Program-made: the position numbers and the translations under genes
Part shown: positions 29,905-40,938 of the stretch, in pieces
How the letters are laid out: every line of letters starts with the position of its first letter
How positions within the stretch are numbered: the stretch's first letter is position 1
The notes under the pieces: generated by a model
Database searches by the model: none
Told to the model about the DNA's origin: nothing
The model's input: the letters and a program-made list of their open reading frames with translations, nothing else
Assembly: GCA_030603745.1 (NCBI GenBank)
Contig: JAUVXE010000008.1
Coordinates: 5,675-69,674 of the forward strand
Direction of reading: 5' to 3'
Source of the DNA: Coriobacteriia bacterium
Lineage (GTDB): Bacteria > Actinomycetota > Coriobacteriia > Anaerosomatales > SLCP01
Length of the DNA: 64,000 nt

Positions 29905-30597
29905 TCACAGGCCGTCGGCGGGAGCGCAGCGAGGGGCCTCGGTGCTCGTGGCGAAGCGGTTGTTGATCAGCACGAACAGCCGGTACGCCTGATCGAGGAG
30001 GACCATGGACTGCTCGGACAGCTTCTCGTCGATGGTCTCGCGCGGGCCGTTGAAGGGGGAGTCGTGGATGAACGCGTTGCGGGCGGCGCGGACCTCCCTC
30101 CAGCGCGCGGGGAAGTCGGCGTGGCCGAGCTCGGCCGCGGCTTCCTCGAACTGCTCACCGGTCAGGTGCGGGAAGAGCCGCCCGATCCGGCCGCCGATGG
30201 CGCGCTGGCCGTCGAGCACCACCTCGCGCACGGTGACGTCGGCACCGCGGGCGGCGAGGATGCGGTCGATGATGTCTTCGAGGATCGCCTCGAGGAACGC
30301 GGCGACGAGGATCACGACGATCTCCGACTCGCCTTCGGTGTGGTAGCGCCTGATCCGGCCGTCGAGCCGGCGGAGCCGGTCGGTGGGGAAGACCCGACGC
30401 GAGTCGCCGGGATGCCCGCAGAACGGGCACTCGCGCTCGCCCGCGCCGAAGCGCAGGTCCGCCGAGAGGAACCCGCAGGCGGGACACTCGAAGTAGGTGG
30501 GGGCGCCACCGCCGGGAGCGAGCGGCGCCTCGCCGGAGGCGGCGCCGGTCGCCGCGGGCTCCCTCGGCGGGTGCTTCTGTGAACGCTTCTTGCTCAC
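29905..30597 (-). CDS. Zn-ribbon protein with a putative HEPN-like helical domain
   Basis: CPACG...CPFCG, then AAFLEAILED and RNAFIH (Rx4H). Confidence 0.6.
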   Translation of the reverse strand: MSKKRSQKHPPREPAATGAASGEAPLAPGGGAPTYFECPACGFLSADLRFGAGERECPFCGHPGDSRRVFPTDRLRRLDGRIRRYHTEGESEIVVILVAAFLEAILEDIIDRILAARGADVTVREVVLDGQRAIGGRIGRLFPHLTGEQFEEAAAELGHADFPARWREVRAARNAFIHDSPFNGPRETIDEKLSEQSMVLLDQAYRLFVLINNRFATSTEAPRCAPADGL

Positions 30598-30621
30598 CTC
30601 GGGCCGGCGGTGTCGCGAGGC

Positions 30622-30897
30622 CTAGACGCGCGAGACGGTGACGCCGTCGTCGGGTCGGGCGTCGGCCGAGCCGACCGCGGTCTCAAGTTTCGCGCGCGCC
30701 TCTCCGAGCAGCACCGTGGCCTGGGCGACCGCGGCGCTCGACACGTCGAGGTTCGCGTGGTCGGCGAGGTGGTGGATCTGCTCGAGCCACTTCTGCGCTT
30801 GCGCGACGGTCTCATCGGCCTGCGCGATCATGAGCTTCAGTTGGCCGACGTGGATCCCTGTCTCACAGATGGCGATCAGCTCCTCTACATGTGTCAT
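30622..30897 (-). CDS. Small helical hypothetical protein
   Basis: 91-aa amphipathic ORF with normal codon usage filling the gap between trxA and the next gene. Confidence 0.65.
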   Translation of the reverse strand: MTHVEELIAICETGIHVGQLKLMIAQADETVAQAQKWLEQIHHLADHANLDVSSAAVAQATVLLGEARAKLETAVGSADARPDDGVTVSRV

Positions 30898-30963
30898 GTG
30901 CACGGCGCGTCCGAACGGCGCGCCGGCCGCGTTCGCCGGACGTGGCGGTCTCCAGGGCCCGGG

Positions 30964-31293
30964 CTAGCCGAGCCAGGGGGCGAGCTCCTCGACCAGACGC
31001 TTCTTGGGCATCGCGCCCACGAGCTTCTTGACGACCTGGCCCTCGCTGAAGACGAGGAGCGTGGGGATCGAGAGGATCTCGTACTTCGTGGCGGTGCCGG
31101 GATTCTCGTCGACGTTGAGCTTGCCGACGACCAGCTTGCCGGCGTACTCCTCGGCGACCTCTTTGAGCACGGGCTCCATCATGCGGCACGGGCCGCACCA
31201 CGGCGCCCAGAAGTCGAGCAGCACGGGCTTGTCCGAACCCGCGACGTCGGTCTCGAAGCCGGCGTCCGTCACCTGGATCAACGCGTCACTCAT
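30964..31293 (-). CDS. trxA: Thioredoxin
   Basis: DFWAPWCGPC, SIPTL. Confidence 0.97.
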   Translation of the reverse strand: MSDALIQVTDAGFETDVAGSDKPVLLDFWAPWCGPCRMMEPVLKEVAEEYAGKLVVGKLNVDENPGTATKYEILSIPTLLVFSEGQVVKKLVGAMPKKRLVEELAPWLG

Positions 31294-31335
31294 ACCCCTG
31301 TCTCCTTCCGTGGAGCCCCATCGGTCCGTTCTGGA

Positions 31336-32274
31336 TCAGATCGAGCATACCTTGTCGTCGACGTACCGGAGCGCCTCGAACGCTGCCGACGCACCCTTGG
31401 CGGCCGCGGTGATGACCTGCTTGAGCTCGGAGTCGGTCACGTCGCCCGCGGCGTAGAGCCCCGGCCATGACGTGCGCCCGTCATGGTCTATCTTGATGTA
31501 CCCGTTCTCGTCGAGCGCGACATCGTCGGCGACGAGCGCGTTGACCGGGTCGACCCCGACGAAGATGAACACGCCGTCGAGGGTGAGCACGAGGTCTTCC
31601 TCGCCGGCGGTGGAGGCGAGCGTCACGCTCGTCACCTTGGAGCCGTCGCCGCCGATCTCGGTGACCACCCGGCTCCACACCATCTCGATCTTCTCGTTCT
31701 CGAAGCAGCGCTCCTGGATGCACTTGGTCGCGCGCAGCTCGTCGCGGCGGTGGATGAGGTAGACCTTCGCCGCGAACTTGGTGAGGAAGAGCGCCTCCTC
31801 GACCGCCGCGTCGCCCCCGCCCACCACGCAGACGGTCTTGTCGCGGTAGAGCGCCCCGTCGCAGGTGGCGCACCACGAGACGCCGCGACCGGTGTACTCC
31901 GCCTCGCCGGGGACCCCGAGCTTCTTGGGCAGCGCGCCGGTGGCGACGATGACCGCCTTGGCGAGATACTCGTCGCCGTCCTCGGTCGAGAGGGCGAAGT
32001 CGAGGTCGACGGGGCGGATCGACGTCACGTCGGTGAAGGGCTTGACCTCGGCGCCGAACTCCTCGGCCTGAGCGAGCATCAGGTCGCCGAGCTCCTGTCC
32101 GGACAGGCCCTTGGGGAACCCGGGATAGTTCTCCACCCAGTCGGTCGTGACGATCTGCCCGCCGGGGATGCCGCGCTCGAAGACGACGGTTCGCGCACGC
32201 GCGCGTGCGGCGTAGAGGGCCGCGGTCAGTCCGGCGGGACCGGCGCCGATGATGGCGATGTCGACAGGGATCAT
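31336..32274 (-). CDS. trxB: Thioredoxin-disulfide reductase
   Basis: GAGPAG, GVSWCATCDG, GGGDAAVEEA, HRRD, AAGDV. Confidence 0.97.
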   Translation of the reverse strand: MIPVDIAIIGAGPAGLTAALYAARARARTVVFERGIPGGQIVTTDWVENYPGFPKGLSGQELGDLMLAQAEEFGAEVKPFTDVTSIRPVDLDFALSTEDGDEYLAKAVIVATGALPKKLGVPGEAEYTGRGVSWCATCDGALYRDKTVCVVGGGDAAVEEALFLTKFAAKVYLIHRRDELRATKCIQERCFENEKIEMVWSRVVTEIGGDGSKVTSVTLASTAGEEDLVLTLDGVFIFVGVDPVNALVADDVALDENGYIKIDHDGRTSWPGLYAAGDVTDSELKQVITAAAKGASAAFEALRYVDDKVCSI

Positions 32275-32275
32275 G

Positions 32276-33391
32276 CTAGAACGTGCCTCCTTCGGGGAGC
32301 GGTTGACCCGCGGCTGCGGCCTCCTCGCGGACCTGCTCGAGCGCCGCGGCGGCGTCGCGGTTGACGGCGAGGGTGCGCTCGTCGCCGGTCTGGGTGAGCT
32401 CGACCACGCGCGCGAACTGGGTGGCCGCGGCGGTGAACTCCTGGCGGCCCCGCCAGTAGAACACGCCGAGGTTGAAGTTGGCCTGCAGGTGGTCGGGCTC
32501 CTGCTCGAGCACGCGCAGCGCCTCCTGGATCGCGCGGTCGGTCTGGCCGCTGTAGAAGTACGCGCCGGCGAGGTTGGCGCGTACGTCGACGGCGTCGGCG
32601 CGAAGGTCGAGGTAGCGCTCGTAGTGGCGGATGGCCAGCGTCGCGTAGCGTACGTCGCCGGTGCTCAGGCGCAGGTCGTAGTAGAGGTTCGCGAGCGACA
32701 GGCGGGCGTCGAGGTCGGCGTCGTTCTGGTCGAGCGCGGTGAGGTAGTCGAGGATGCGCTGCTGGTCGGCGGGCAGCTGCTCACGGAACTCGGTCGGCAC
32801 CGCCGTGGGCGCGCCGGTGCGCGCGCCGGGGCCCCACACGGTCAGCACGATGATCGCGGCGAACACCGCGAGCGAGGTCGCGAGGATGCTGAGCGGTACT
32901 CGGTAGCGCTGGAACGGCCGGATGATGTAGCGCTTGGCGAAGCCCCCGTCGGGTCCCTCGGAGTGGCGTTCGACCTCGATGCCGAAGGTCTGCGCCTTGA
33001 GCAGCATGTTGAGGTCGTTCGTCAGCAGCGTGATCTCGCCCGCGGGGAGCCGTGAGGCCATCTGGTAGGCGACCGCGAGGATGCGGTCGTCGGCGTTGCG
33101 CGTGCCGAGTCCCTCGGGCAGGTCCCCCTCGGAGTCGAGCGGGACCACGCGGACCACGCCGCCGTCGGGCAGCTCCACGCCCTCGATCAGGTTCCCCTGC
33201 TCGGAGAGCTCGAACAGCGTGCGGCTGACCTCGCGGCCGCGGAAGCGGAGGTCCGGATCGACGCGCGAGGTCTTGAGCTTGTCGAGTTCGCCGAGGACGG
33301 TCTCGGGGATGGCCAGCTCGGCGTCGGGGAACGCGAGCAGCGTGCCCGGATCGGCGAGGAGCACGTTGGTGTCGATGACGATCGTCTTCAT
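32276..33391 (-). CDS. PIN domain (PhoH2 N-terminal type) - TM - TPR protein
   Basis: VIDTNVLL, ETVLGELDKLK, ADDRIL, LLTNDLNM; hydrophobic helix; TPR-like repeats. Confidence 0.8.
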   Translation of the reverse strand: MKTIVIDTNVLLADPGTLLAFPDAELAIPETVLGELDKLKTSRVDPDLRFRGREVSRTLFELSEQGNLIEGVELPDGGVVRVVPLDSEGDLPEGLGTRNADDRILAVAYQMASRLPAGEITLLTNDLNMLLKAQTFGIEVERHSEGPDGGFAKRYIIRPFQRYRVPLSILATSLAVFAAIIVLTVWGPGARTGAPTAVPTEFREQLPADQQRILDYLTALDQNDADLDARLSLANLYYDLRLSTGDVRYATLAIRHYERYLDLRADAVDVRANLAGAYFYSGQTDRAIQEALRVLEQEPDHLQANFNLGVFYWRGRQEFTAAATQFARVVELTQTGDERTLAVNRDAAAALEQVREEAAAAGQPLPEGGTF

Positions 33392-33403
33392 CGGCTCTCG
33401 TTC

Positions 33404-33760
33404 CTAGCGCACCGGTCGGGTCTCGTAGTGCTCGAGCACGGGAGGCGTGTCGAGCGGCTCTCCCGCGATAAGCGCGAGCACCCTCCCGTAGACGAGGGTG
33501 CCCTCGATCTCGGCGCGCGCCCACACCTGCACCCGCGTGCCGTCCTGGTCGTAGAGGTAGACCTCGACCCCCCGCGCTGCCGCCGCTGCCGCCGCGGCCC
33601 TGCCGGCGGTGTTGCGATCGCCCCGCGTGCCGGCGGCGACGTCGGCCGCCTCCCTGGTCGCCTCGACCAGTTCGCGACGGGTGTTCACGAAGGCGCCGAG
33701 GTCGTTGACGAAGACCGCGGCCAGCGCGAGTACGACCGCGATCACGATGATCTTCTTCAT
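33404..33760 (-). CDS. Small membrane-anchored protein, Tad/pseudopilin-like
   Basis: N-terminal hydrophobic helix followed by L..ATREAADVAA, reminiscent of TadE/G-like proteins; family uncertain. Confidence 0.55.
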   Translation of the reverse strand: MKKIIVIAVVLALAAVFVNDLGAFVNTRRELVEATREAADVAAGTRGDRNTAGRAAAAAAAARGVEVYLYDQDGTRVQVWARAEIEGTLVYGRVLALIAGEPLDTPPVLEHYETRPVR

Positions 33761-33797
33761 GTCGGTCCCGTCACCGCCTTCGCCGAAGAGGTCCCTG

Positions 33798-35786
33798 TCA
33801 GCGCATCTTACCAGCATCGAAGGCACGCACGCGCCTCCGGATGTAGACGAGGAGGCCGAGCAGGAGCAGCGCCACCCCGCCCACCACCGCGAGCCGGTCG
33901 AGATACGACGCCCGCACGGTGCTCGAAGCGCTGTCCAGCAGCACCTCGCCGGCCCAGAGTTCCATCTCGAGGCGGCCCGAGAGCGAGGAGCGGAGGTCGA
34001 CGCTCACGGTGTGGAGGTTCTCTTGCGGCCGGACGCTCAGCAGTTCCGTCCCGCCGCCGGGGAGGTGCACGTCGCCGGCTCTGACGACGAGCCTGATCGA
34101 GAGGTCCTTCGCCGTGCCGTTCGCCACGCTCACCGGGACGTCGCCGCGCGCGCCCGGAAGCGTGACGTCCTTGACGGTGAGCGTCACCTGGTCGAGAAGC
34201 TCCGACGCCCCGCGGACCGCCGCCGCGGCGAAGGCCCGTCCCCGGTCCGCCATGCTCCAGCTCCCGTCGGGTCCCGCCCACCGCGCGCTCTGCGCGACGA
34301 GCGAGACCTCGTTGATCGCGGCGACATCCGGGTCGGTGACGCCGGCGGCCGCCTCGAGCGCGACGGCGTAGCGCCTCGCCTCGACGACCTCCGAGGGGTA
34401 GCCCGCGGGCGCGACCGTGGAGGCGCTCACCTGCGCGGGCGGCTCGAGCGTCCCGTTGGGCGGGGCGGCGGCTGCGCTCGAGGCCGTGACCACGTCGGCC
34501 CAGGGCACCGAGGAGATCACCGTCGCCAGTGAGAGCACGCGCTCCACGGCATGGTTGCGTCCCGGTCCGGCCTCCACGGCCGCGACCAGCGGCACCGTCG
34601 CCTCCTCGGACACCGCGCGGTCGAACACGCGCATCAGCGCCGGCGTCGTGTCGGTGGCCGGGAGACGCGCGGTCAGCCGCTCGTCGGCGACCAGGCCGAG
34701 GACCTTCGAACCCTCGAGGCCCCAGACCCCCCCGGCGACCGTCTCCTCGTCGCTCGGGGTGAGCGGTCCCGGATCGAGCAGCGCCCACGCGATGTCGCGC
34801 TCGGCGAGCACATCGAGCGCTCCGGGCGGCATCGCGTCACCGACGACCGCGGTACCCGCCGAGGGGGACGTCTCGAGCGCGGCCAGGTACGCCGACCGGG
34901 AGTGCGCGTAGTGCACGCCGAGGTCGAGCAGGGCGCCCGTCTCGACGAGCATGCCGATGTCGGGGTCGCCGTACGGGACGTCGAGGAGCTCGAGACGCCC
35001 GGTCGCGACGGCCTCGCGCAACAGGTCGAGGGCGGCGGCGTAGCGTCGCGGCGTCTCGTCCTCGGCCGGGACGTCCACGAGTCCCGCCGGCCCGGACAGC
35101 GTGTATCCGGAGGCGACGCGCGACCACGCGTCGAGCGTCATCCCGGGGATGCCGAGGGTGAGGCGCAGGCGCGGGTCGTCAACGACCGCCCCGGCGACCA
35201 GGGCGACCTGATCGAGCGCCGTGCCTGGCGCGGCCGGGTCGACGACGAAGTTGCCCGCGGGATCGATCCCGGGTGCCTCGGCGACGCGGATCACCAGCGC
35301 CACGGGGGTGACGGCGGGGCGGGGCGCGTGGAGGAGCAGGTGGCCCTCGACGACGCGCTCCCTCGGCTCGCCGACCTCGGTCCGGACCCGGATCTCGTAC
35401 GGGTAGGCCGCCGCCGGGAGGGAGAGGTCCGCGAGCTCCCGCGTGAACTCGGCCGTCACCGTCCCCGTCTCGACGTCGCTGCGCACCTCGGTACGCTGGA
35501 AGAGCAGCGCGCCGGACGGGCGCCGCAGCTGGAAGCGGACCTCGAGGTAGGGGGTCGGCTCCTCGACCCGCACCTCGGCGCGGACCGTGAACGCGCCGTC
35601 GGTTGGGAGCGAGGGCGGTCCCGCGTCCACGCCGACCCCTGCGCCCGTGCTGCCTTCGGCGCTCGACGGCGGGGTCGCGTGCGTTCCGGGGGGCACCGCG
35701 AACAGGCCGGCCAGCAGGAGGCCGGCCAGCAGGGCGAGAAGGGTGCGGCGTGCGGTGCGGCGCCACGTCCCGGAGAGGGTGCGCAT
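33798..35786 (-). CDS. DUF6049-like surface protein
   Basis: Signal peptide, [20 protein letters not shown]-terminal TM plus RRR; actinobacterial-type architecture. Confidence 0.7.
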   Translation of the reverse strand: MRTLSGTWRRTARRTLLALLAGLLLAGLFAVPPGTHATPPSSAEGSTGAGVGVDAGPPSLPTDGAFTVRAEVRVEEPTPYLEVRFQLRRPSGALLFQRTEVRSDVETGTVTAEFTRELADLSLPAAAYPYEIRVRTEVGEPRERVVEGHLLLHAPRPAVTPVALVIRVAEAPGIDPAGNFVVDPAAPGTALDQVALVAGAVVDDPRLRLTLGIPGMTLDAWSRVASGYTLSGPAGLVDVPAEDETPRRYAAALDLLREAVATGRLELLDVPYGDPDIGMLVETGALLDLGVHYAHSRSAYLAALETSPSAGTAVVGDAMPPGALDVLAERDIAWALLDPGPLTPSDEETVAGGVWGLEGSKVLGLVADERLTARLPATDTTPALMRVFDRAVSEEATVPLVAAVEAGPGRNHAVERVLSLATVISSVPWADVVTASSAAAAPPNGTLEPPAQVSASTVAPAGYPSEVVEARRYAVALEAAAGVTDPDVAAINEVSLVAQSARWAGPDGSWSMADRGRAFAAAAVRGASELLDQVTLTVKDVTLPGARGDVPVSVANGTAKDLSIRLVVRAGDVHLPGGGTELLSVRPQENLHTVSVDLRSSLSGRLEMELWAGEVLLDSASSTVRASYLDRLAVVGGVALLLLGLLVYIRRRVRAFDAGKMR

Positions 35787-35916
35787 CCGGTCGACTCCCG
35801 GTCCCGATCCCGCGTCCGGCCTCGACTCAGGCACCGCGCGGGACGTGTATCGTCCATTCGAATGGGGCAGAATGATTATCGCACGGCGTCGTGCCGAGGA
35901 AAGGAACCACACCGGA

Positions 35917-38298
<2,382 letters not shown>

Positions 38299-38313
38299 GC
38301 ACCGCGTTCGCTT

Positions 38314-39090
38314 GTGTCCGCGTCAAAGACGCCCGCCAGTCGACCGACGGAGGCAGCCCCGGTGAGCCTGACGACCGATACGAGCGTTCAGGCCGCGCCA
38401 TCCAGGCCGCGGCTGCGCATCGCCGTGCGTGCCCTCGGAAACGTGCTCATCGGCCTGTCGCTGGGGCTGCTCTTCTACTACTTCGCCACCGACCTCATCA
38501 CGCGGGGCGCCCAGGAGTCGCTCCTCGCCGAGGCCGCGGAGCTCGGGACGGTGGGGGCGCCGTCGCCCGACCGCGTCCTCGACGAGCCTGAGCCCGGCGC
38601 CACCGGCTGGGAGACGTGGATCGAGGAGGACATCGCGTTCTGGCGCGGGGTCGGCGACCACGAGGTCTTCGGCCGGCTCGTGATCGAGCGGATGGGCCTC
38701 GACGCGATCGTGGTGCGCGGGGTCGACCGCGAGGCGCTCAAGCTCGGGCCGGGCTGGATGCCCTACACCGACGTGCCCGCACAGACCGGCAACGTGGGCA
38801 TCGCCGCGCACCGGACGACCTACGGCGCGCCGTTCCGGCGCCTCGACGAGCTCGTGCCGGGTGACCGCGTCGAGTTCTACTCGCCCTTCCGACGGTACGT
38901 CTACGAGGTCCAGCGGCAGTTCACGGTCACGCCGGACCAGGTCGAGGTGGTCCGCTCGACCGAGGAGCCCACGCTCACGCTCTCCGCGTGCCACCCGCCC
39001 TACAGCGCGCGGTACCGCCTGATCGTCCAGGCGACGCTCGTCGAGATGCAGCGACTCGACACTGACGCGGGCGTGCCGTCGGCGCCGTAG
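38314..39090 (+). CDS. Sortase (class E-like)
   Basis: N-terminal TM, AAHRTTYGAPF, TLSACHP, RYRL; start uncertain. Confidence 0.9.
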   Translation: MSASKTPASRPTEAAPVSLTTDTSVQAAPSRPRLRIAVRALGNVLIGLSLGLLFYYFATDLITRGAQESLLAEAAELGTVGAPSPDRVLDEPEPGATGWETWIEEDIAFWRGVGDHEVFGRLVIERMGLDAIVVRGVDREALKLGPGWMPYTDVPAQTGNVGIAAHRTTYGAPFRRLDELVPGDRVEFYSPFRRYVYEVQRQFTVTPDQVEVVRSTEEPTLTLSACHPPYSARYRLIVQATLVEMQRLDTDAGVPSAP

Positions 39091-39117
39091 CGTCCCGGTG
39101 CGGACCGATCATACAGG

Positions 39118-39145
39118 GAGGCCCGGCGGGTGTCCGCCGGGCCTC
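39118..39145. terminator. Hairpin between convergent genes
   Basis: GAGGCCCGGCGG-GTGT-CCGCCGGGCCTC, perfect 12-bp stem. Confidence 0.7.
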
Positions 39146-39198
39146 TCGTGGTCTCGCATCGGTGGCCGACCGTCCGGTCGAATCGCCACCGCCCGATG

Positions 39199-39864
39199 CT
39201 AGAGGCGGAAGTCGCCTGCGTTGCTGGGCGGCACGGCCTCGCCCCAGTTGATCTGGCCGTTGTGGTGCCAGTCGATGATGTGCCAGATCTCGTGGTCGAT
39301 GATGCGCTCGAGGCTCGCGGTGTGGTTCGGGTTGATGATGATCCGCTTGGACTTGTAGTAGACGATCGCCTGCGGGTTGCCGCGGGTGTCGCCGAACTCG
39401 ACGGTCGTGCCGGAGACGTACTTCCAGGTGCGGGCACGGTTCGCGAGGATGGAGCGGGCCTGGGCGAGCTTGTCGCCGCTCGAGGCCTGTGCGGCCGGCG
39501 CCGAGGCCTGGGTCGCCGAGCCGGAGGCGGGGCGGGACGCGGTGCTCGTGCCCGAGGTCCGGGTCGAGGTCGAGCGCGTGGCGCTCTTCGCCACGACCGG
39601 CTTGGGCAGCGGCGCCTTCGCCTTGGCGGGACGCTTGGAGGCCTGGGTGAAGAAGGCGACGTCCGCCTCGGGGGCGGCGATCTTCTCGGCGCGCGTGACC
39701 GGCACGTCGACCGGGACGAGCACCGAGGCGAACTTGGCCGAGATCGAGGCCGCCCGGGCATCCACGAGCACGGACGCCATCGCGGGAGCGGCTCCTACGG
39801 CGAGCGCGGCGGTGAGGACCACCGCGACGAGCCGGGTCATGTGCGTGCGCTTGCTGGACTTCAT
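39199..39864 (-). CDS. Secreted protein with Ser/Thr/Ala linker and C-terminal HExxH (zincin-like) domain
   Basis: Signal peptide ending in AMA, low-complexity linker, IIDHEIWHIID; SD AAGGGG. Confidence 0.75.
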   Translation of the reverse strand: MKSSKRTHMTRLVAVVLTAALAVGAAPAMASVLVDARAASISAKFASVLVPVDVPVTRAEKIAAPEADVAFFTQASKRPAKAKAPLPKPVVAKSATRSTSTRTSGTSTASRPASGSATQASAPAAQASSGDKLAQARSILANRARTWKYVSGTTVEFGDTRGNPQAIVYYKSKRIIINPNHTASLERIIDHEIWHIIDWHHNGQINWGEAVPPSNAGDFRL

Positions 39865-39963
39865 CGTCGTGCACCCCTTACGAGCCTGGTGTGCACATCG
39901 GCCCGGATCCCTCCCTGTGGCGTTGGGTGGGACCGGGCCGAGGCTATCCGACCAGATCTCGTA

Positions 39964-40056
39964 CCCGGCGGTCCGGCTGTCTTGGGAGGTGAGCCCTCCG
40001 GTAGACCCGTGACTTTGCGAAGCGCGCCTTTCGGCGTGCCGTGCCTTTATCGGGGG
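39964..40056 (-). ncRNA. c-di-GMP-I (GEMM) riboswitch
   Basis: Minus strand CCCG AUAAAG GC AC GGCACGCC GAAA GGCGCGCU UC GC AAA GUCACGG GUCU...AGAC AG CCG GAC CGC CGGG: P1, GNRA-capped P2, GCAAAG junction and P3 all recognisable. Confidence 0.88.
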
Positions 40057-40099
40057 AGTCCGATGACGATGTGCGACTGTCAACTTCCGTACACGGGGT

Positions 40100-40127
40100 A
40101 TATCGGCACGAGGGGCGCGCGGCATTA
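40100..40127 (-). promoter_or_regulatory. Putative sigma28 (FliA/WhiG)-type promoter
   Basis: Minus strand TAAT-N16-GCCGATAT about 45 nt upstream of the riboswitch. Confidence 0.55.
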
Positions 40128-40132
40128 GCGCC

Positions 40133-40154
40133 TTCTGTAACATCCGTCACAGAA
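40133..40154. promoter_or_regulatory. CRP-family-like palindrome
   Basis: TTC-TGTAA-CATCCG-TCACA-GAA, one mismatch from TGTGA-N6-TCACA. Confidence 0.55.
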
Positions 40155-40185
40155 ACCGGGGCATCCGTTATGCTCCGCGGAGCGC

Positions 40186-40923
40186 ATGAGAGGAGTCGGC
40201 CAGGTGGATACCGGTGCCGCCGCCGGAGCGGCCCACGCCGCACGGCTCGCGCCGGGGCGCACGCTCATGCGGGCCCTCGGCAACGTGCTGCTCGGTTTCG
40301 CCCTCGGCATACTCTCGTACTACCTGATCACCGACCTCGTCACCCGTCTGGGTCAAGGAGAGCTGCGCGACGAGCTGGCGGCCCTCGGCACCGCGGGATC
40401 GCCCTCGCCCGATCGTCTGGCCGGCGAGGGGGGCGGCTTCGACTGGGAGGGATGGGACGCCGAGGACCGCGCGTACTGGGAGGCGCTGCCCGTGGGCGGG
40501 GTCTTCGGCAGGCTCGTGATCGAGGAGGCCGGCGTCGACGCGGTCGTGCTCAAGGGCACGTCACGAGAGACCCTCAAGCGCGGGCCGGGCTGGATCACCT
40601 ACACCGACCTCCCCGGGCCGACCGGCAACGCGGCGATCTCCGGTCATCGGACCACCTACGGCGCGCCGTTCCGCCGGTTGGACGCCCTCGGCGCCGGTGA
40701 TACCATCTACTTCTACTCGCCGTACCGGCGCTACGCCTACGAGGTGACCGAGTCGTTCTCCGTCACTCCGGACCGGGTCGAGGTCGTGGCCTCGACCGCC
40801 GAGCCGCGGATGACGCTCACGGCGTGCGATCCGCCGTACAGCGCCCGGTACCGCCTGATCGTATGGTCGGACCTCGTCGAGGTCGCCAGGCTCGCAGACA
40901 CCCCGGCCGAGGCCGGACGGTAG
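40186..40923 (+). CDS. Sortase (class E-like), second paralogue
   Basis: SGHRTTYGAPF, TLTACDP, RYRL; start may be GTG 40204. Confidence 0.9.
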   Translation: MRGVGQVDTGAAAGAAHAARLAPGRTLMRALGNVLLGFALGILSYYLITDLVTRLGQGELRDELAALGTAGSPSPDRLAGEGGGFDWEGWDAEDRAYWEALPVGGVFGRLVIEEAGVDAVVLKGTSRETLKRGPGWITYTDLPGPTGNAAISGHRTTYGAPFRRLDALGAGDTIYFYSPYRRYAYEVTESFSVTPDRVEVVASTAEPRMTLTACDPPYSARYRLIVWSDLVEVARLADTPAEAGR

Positions 40924-40938
40924 GGACGGAGTGGTCGG

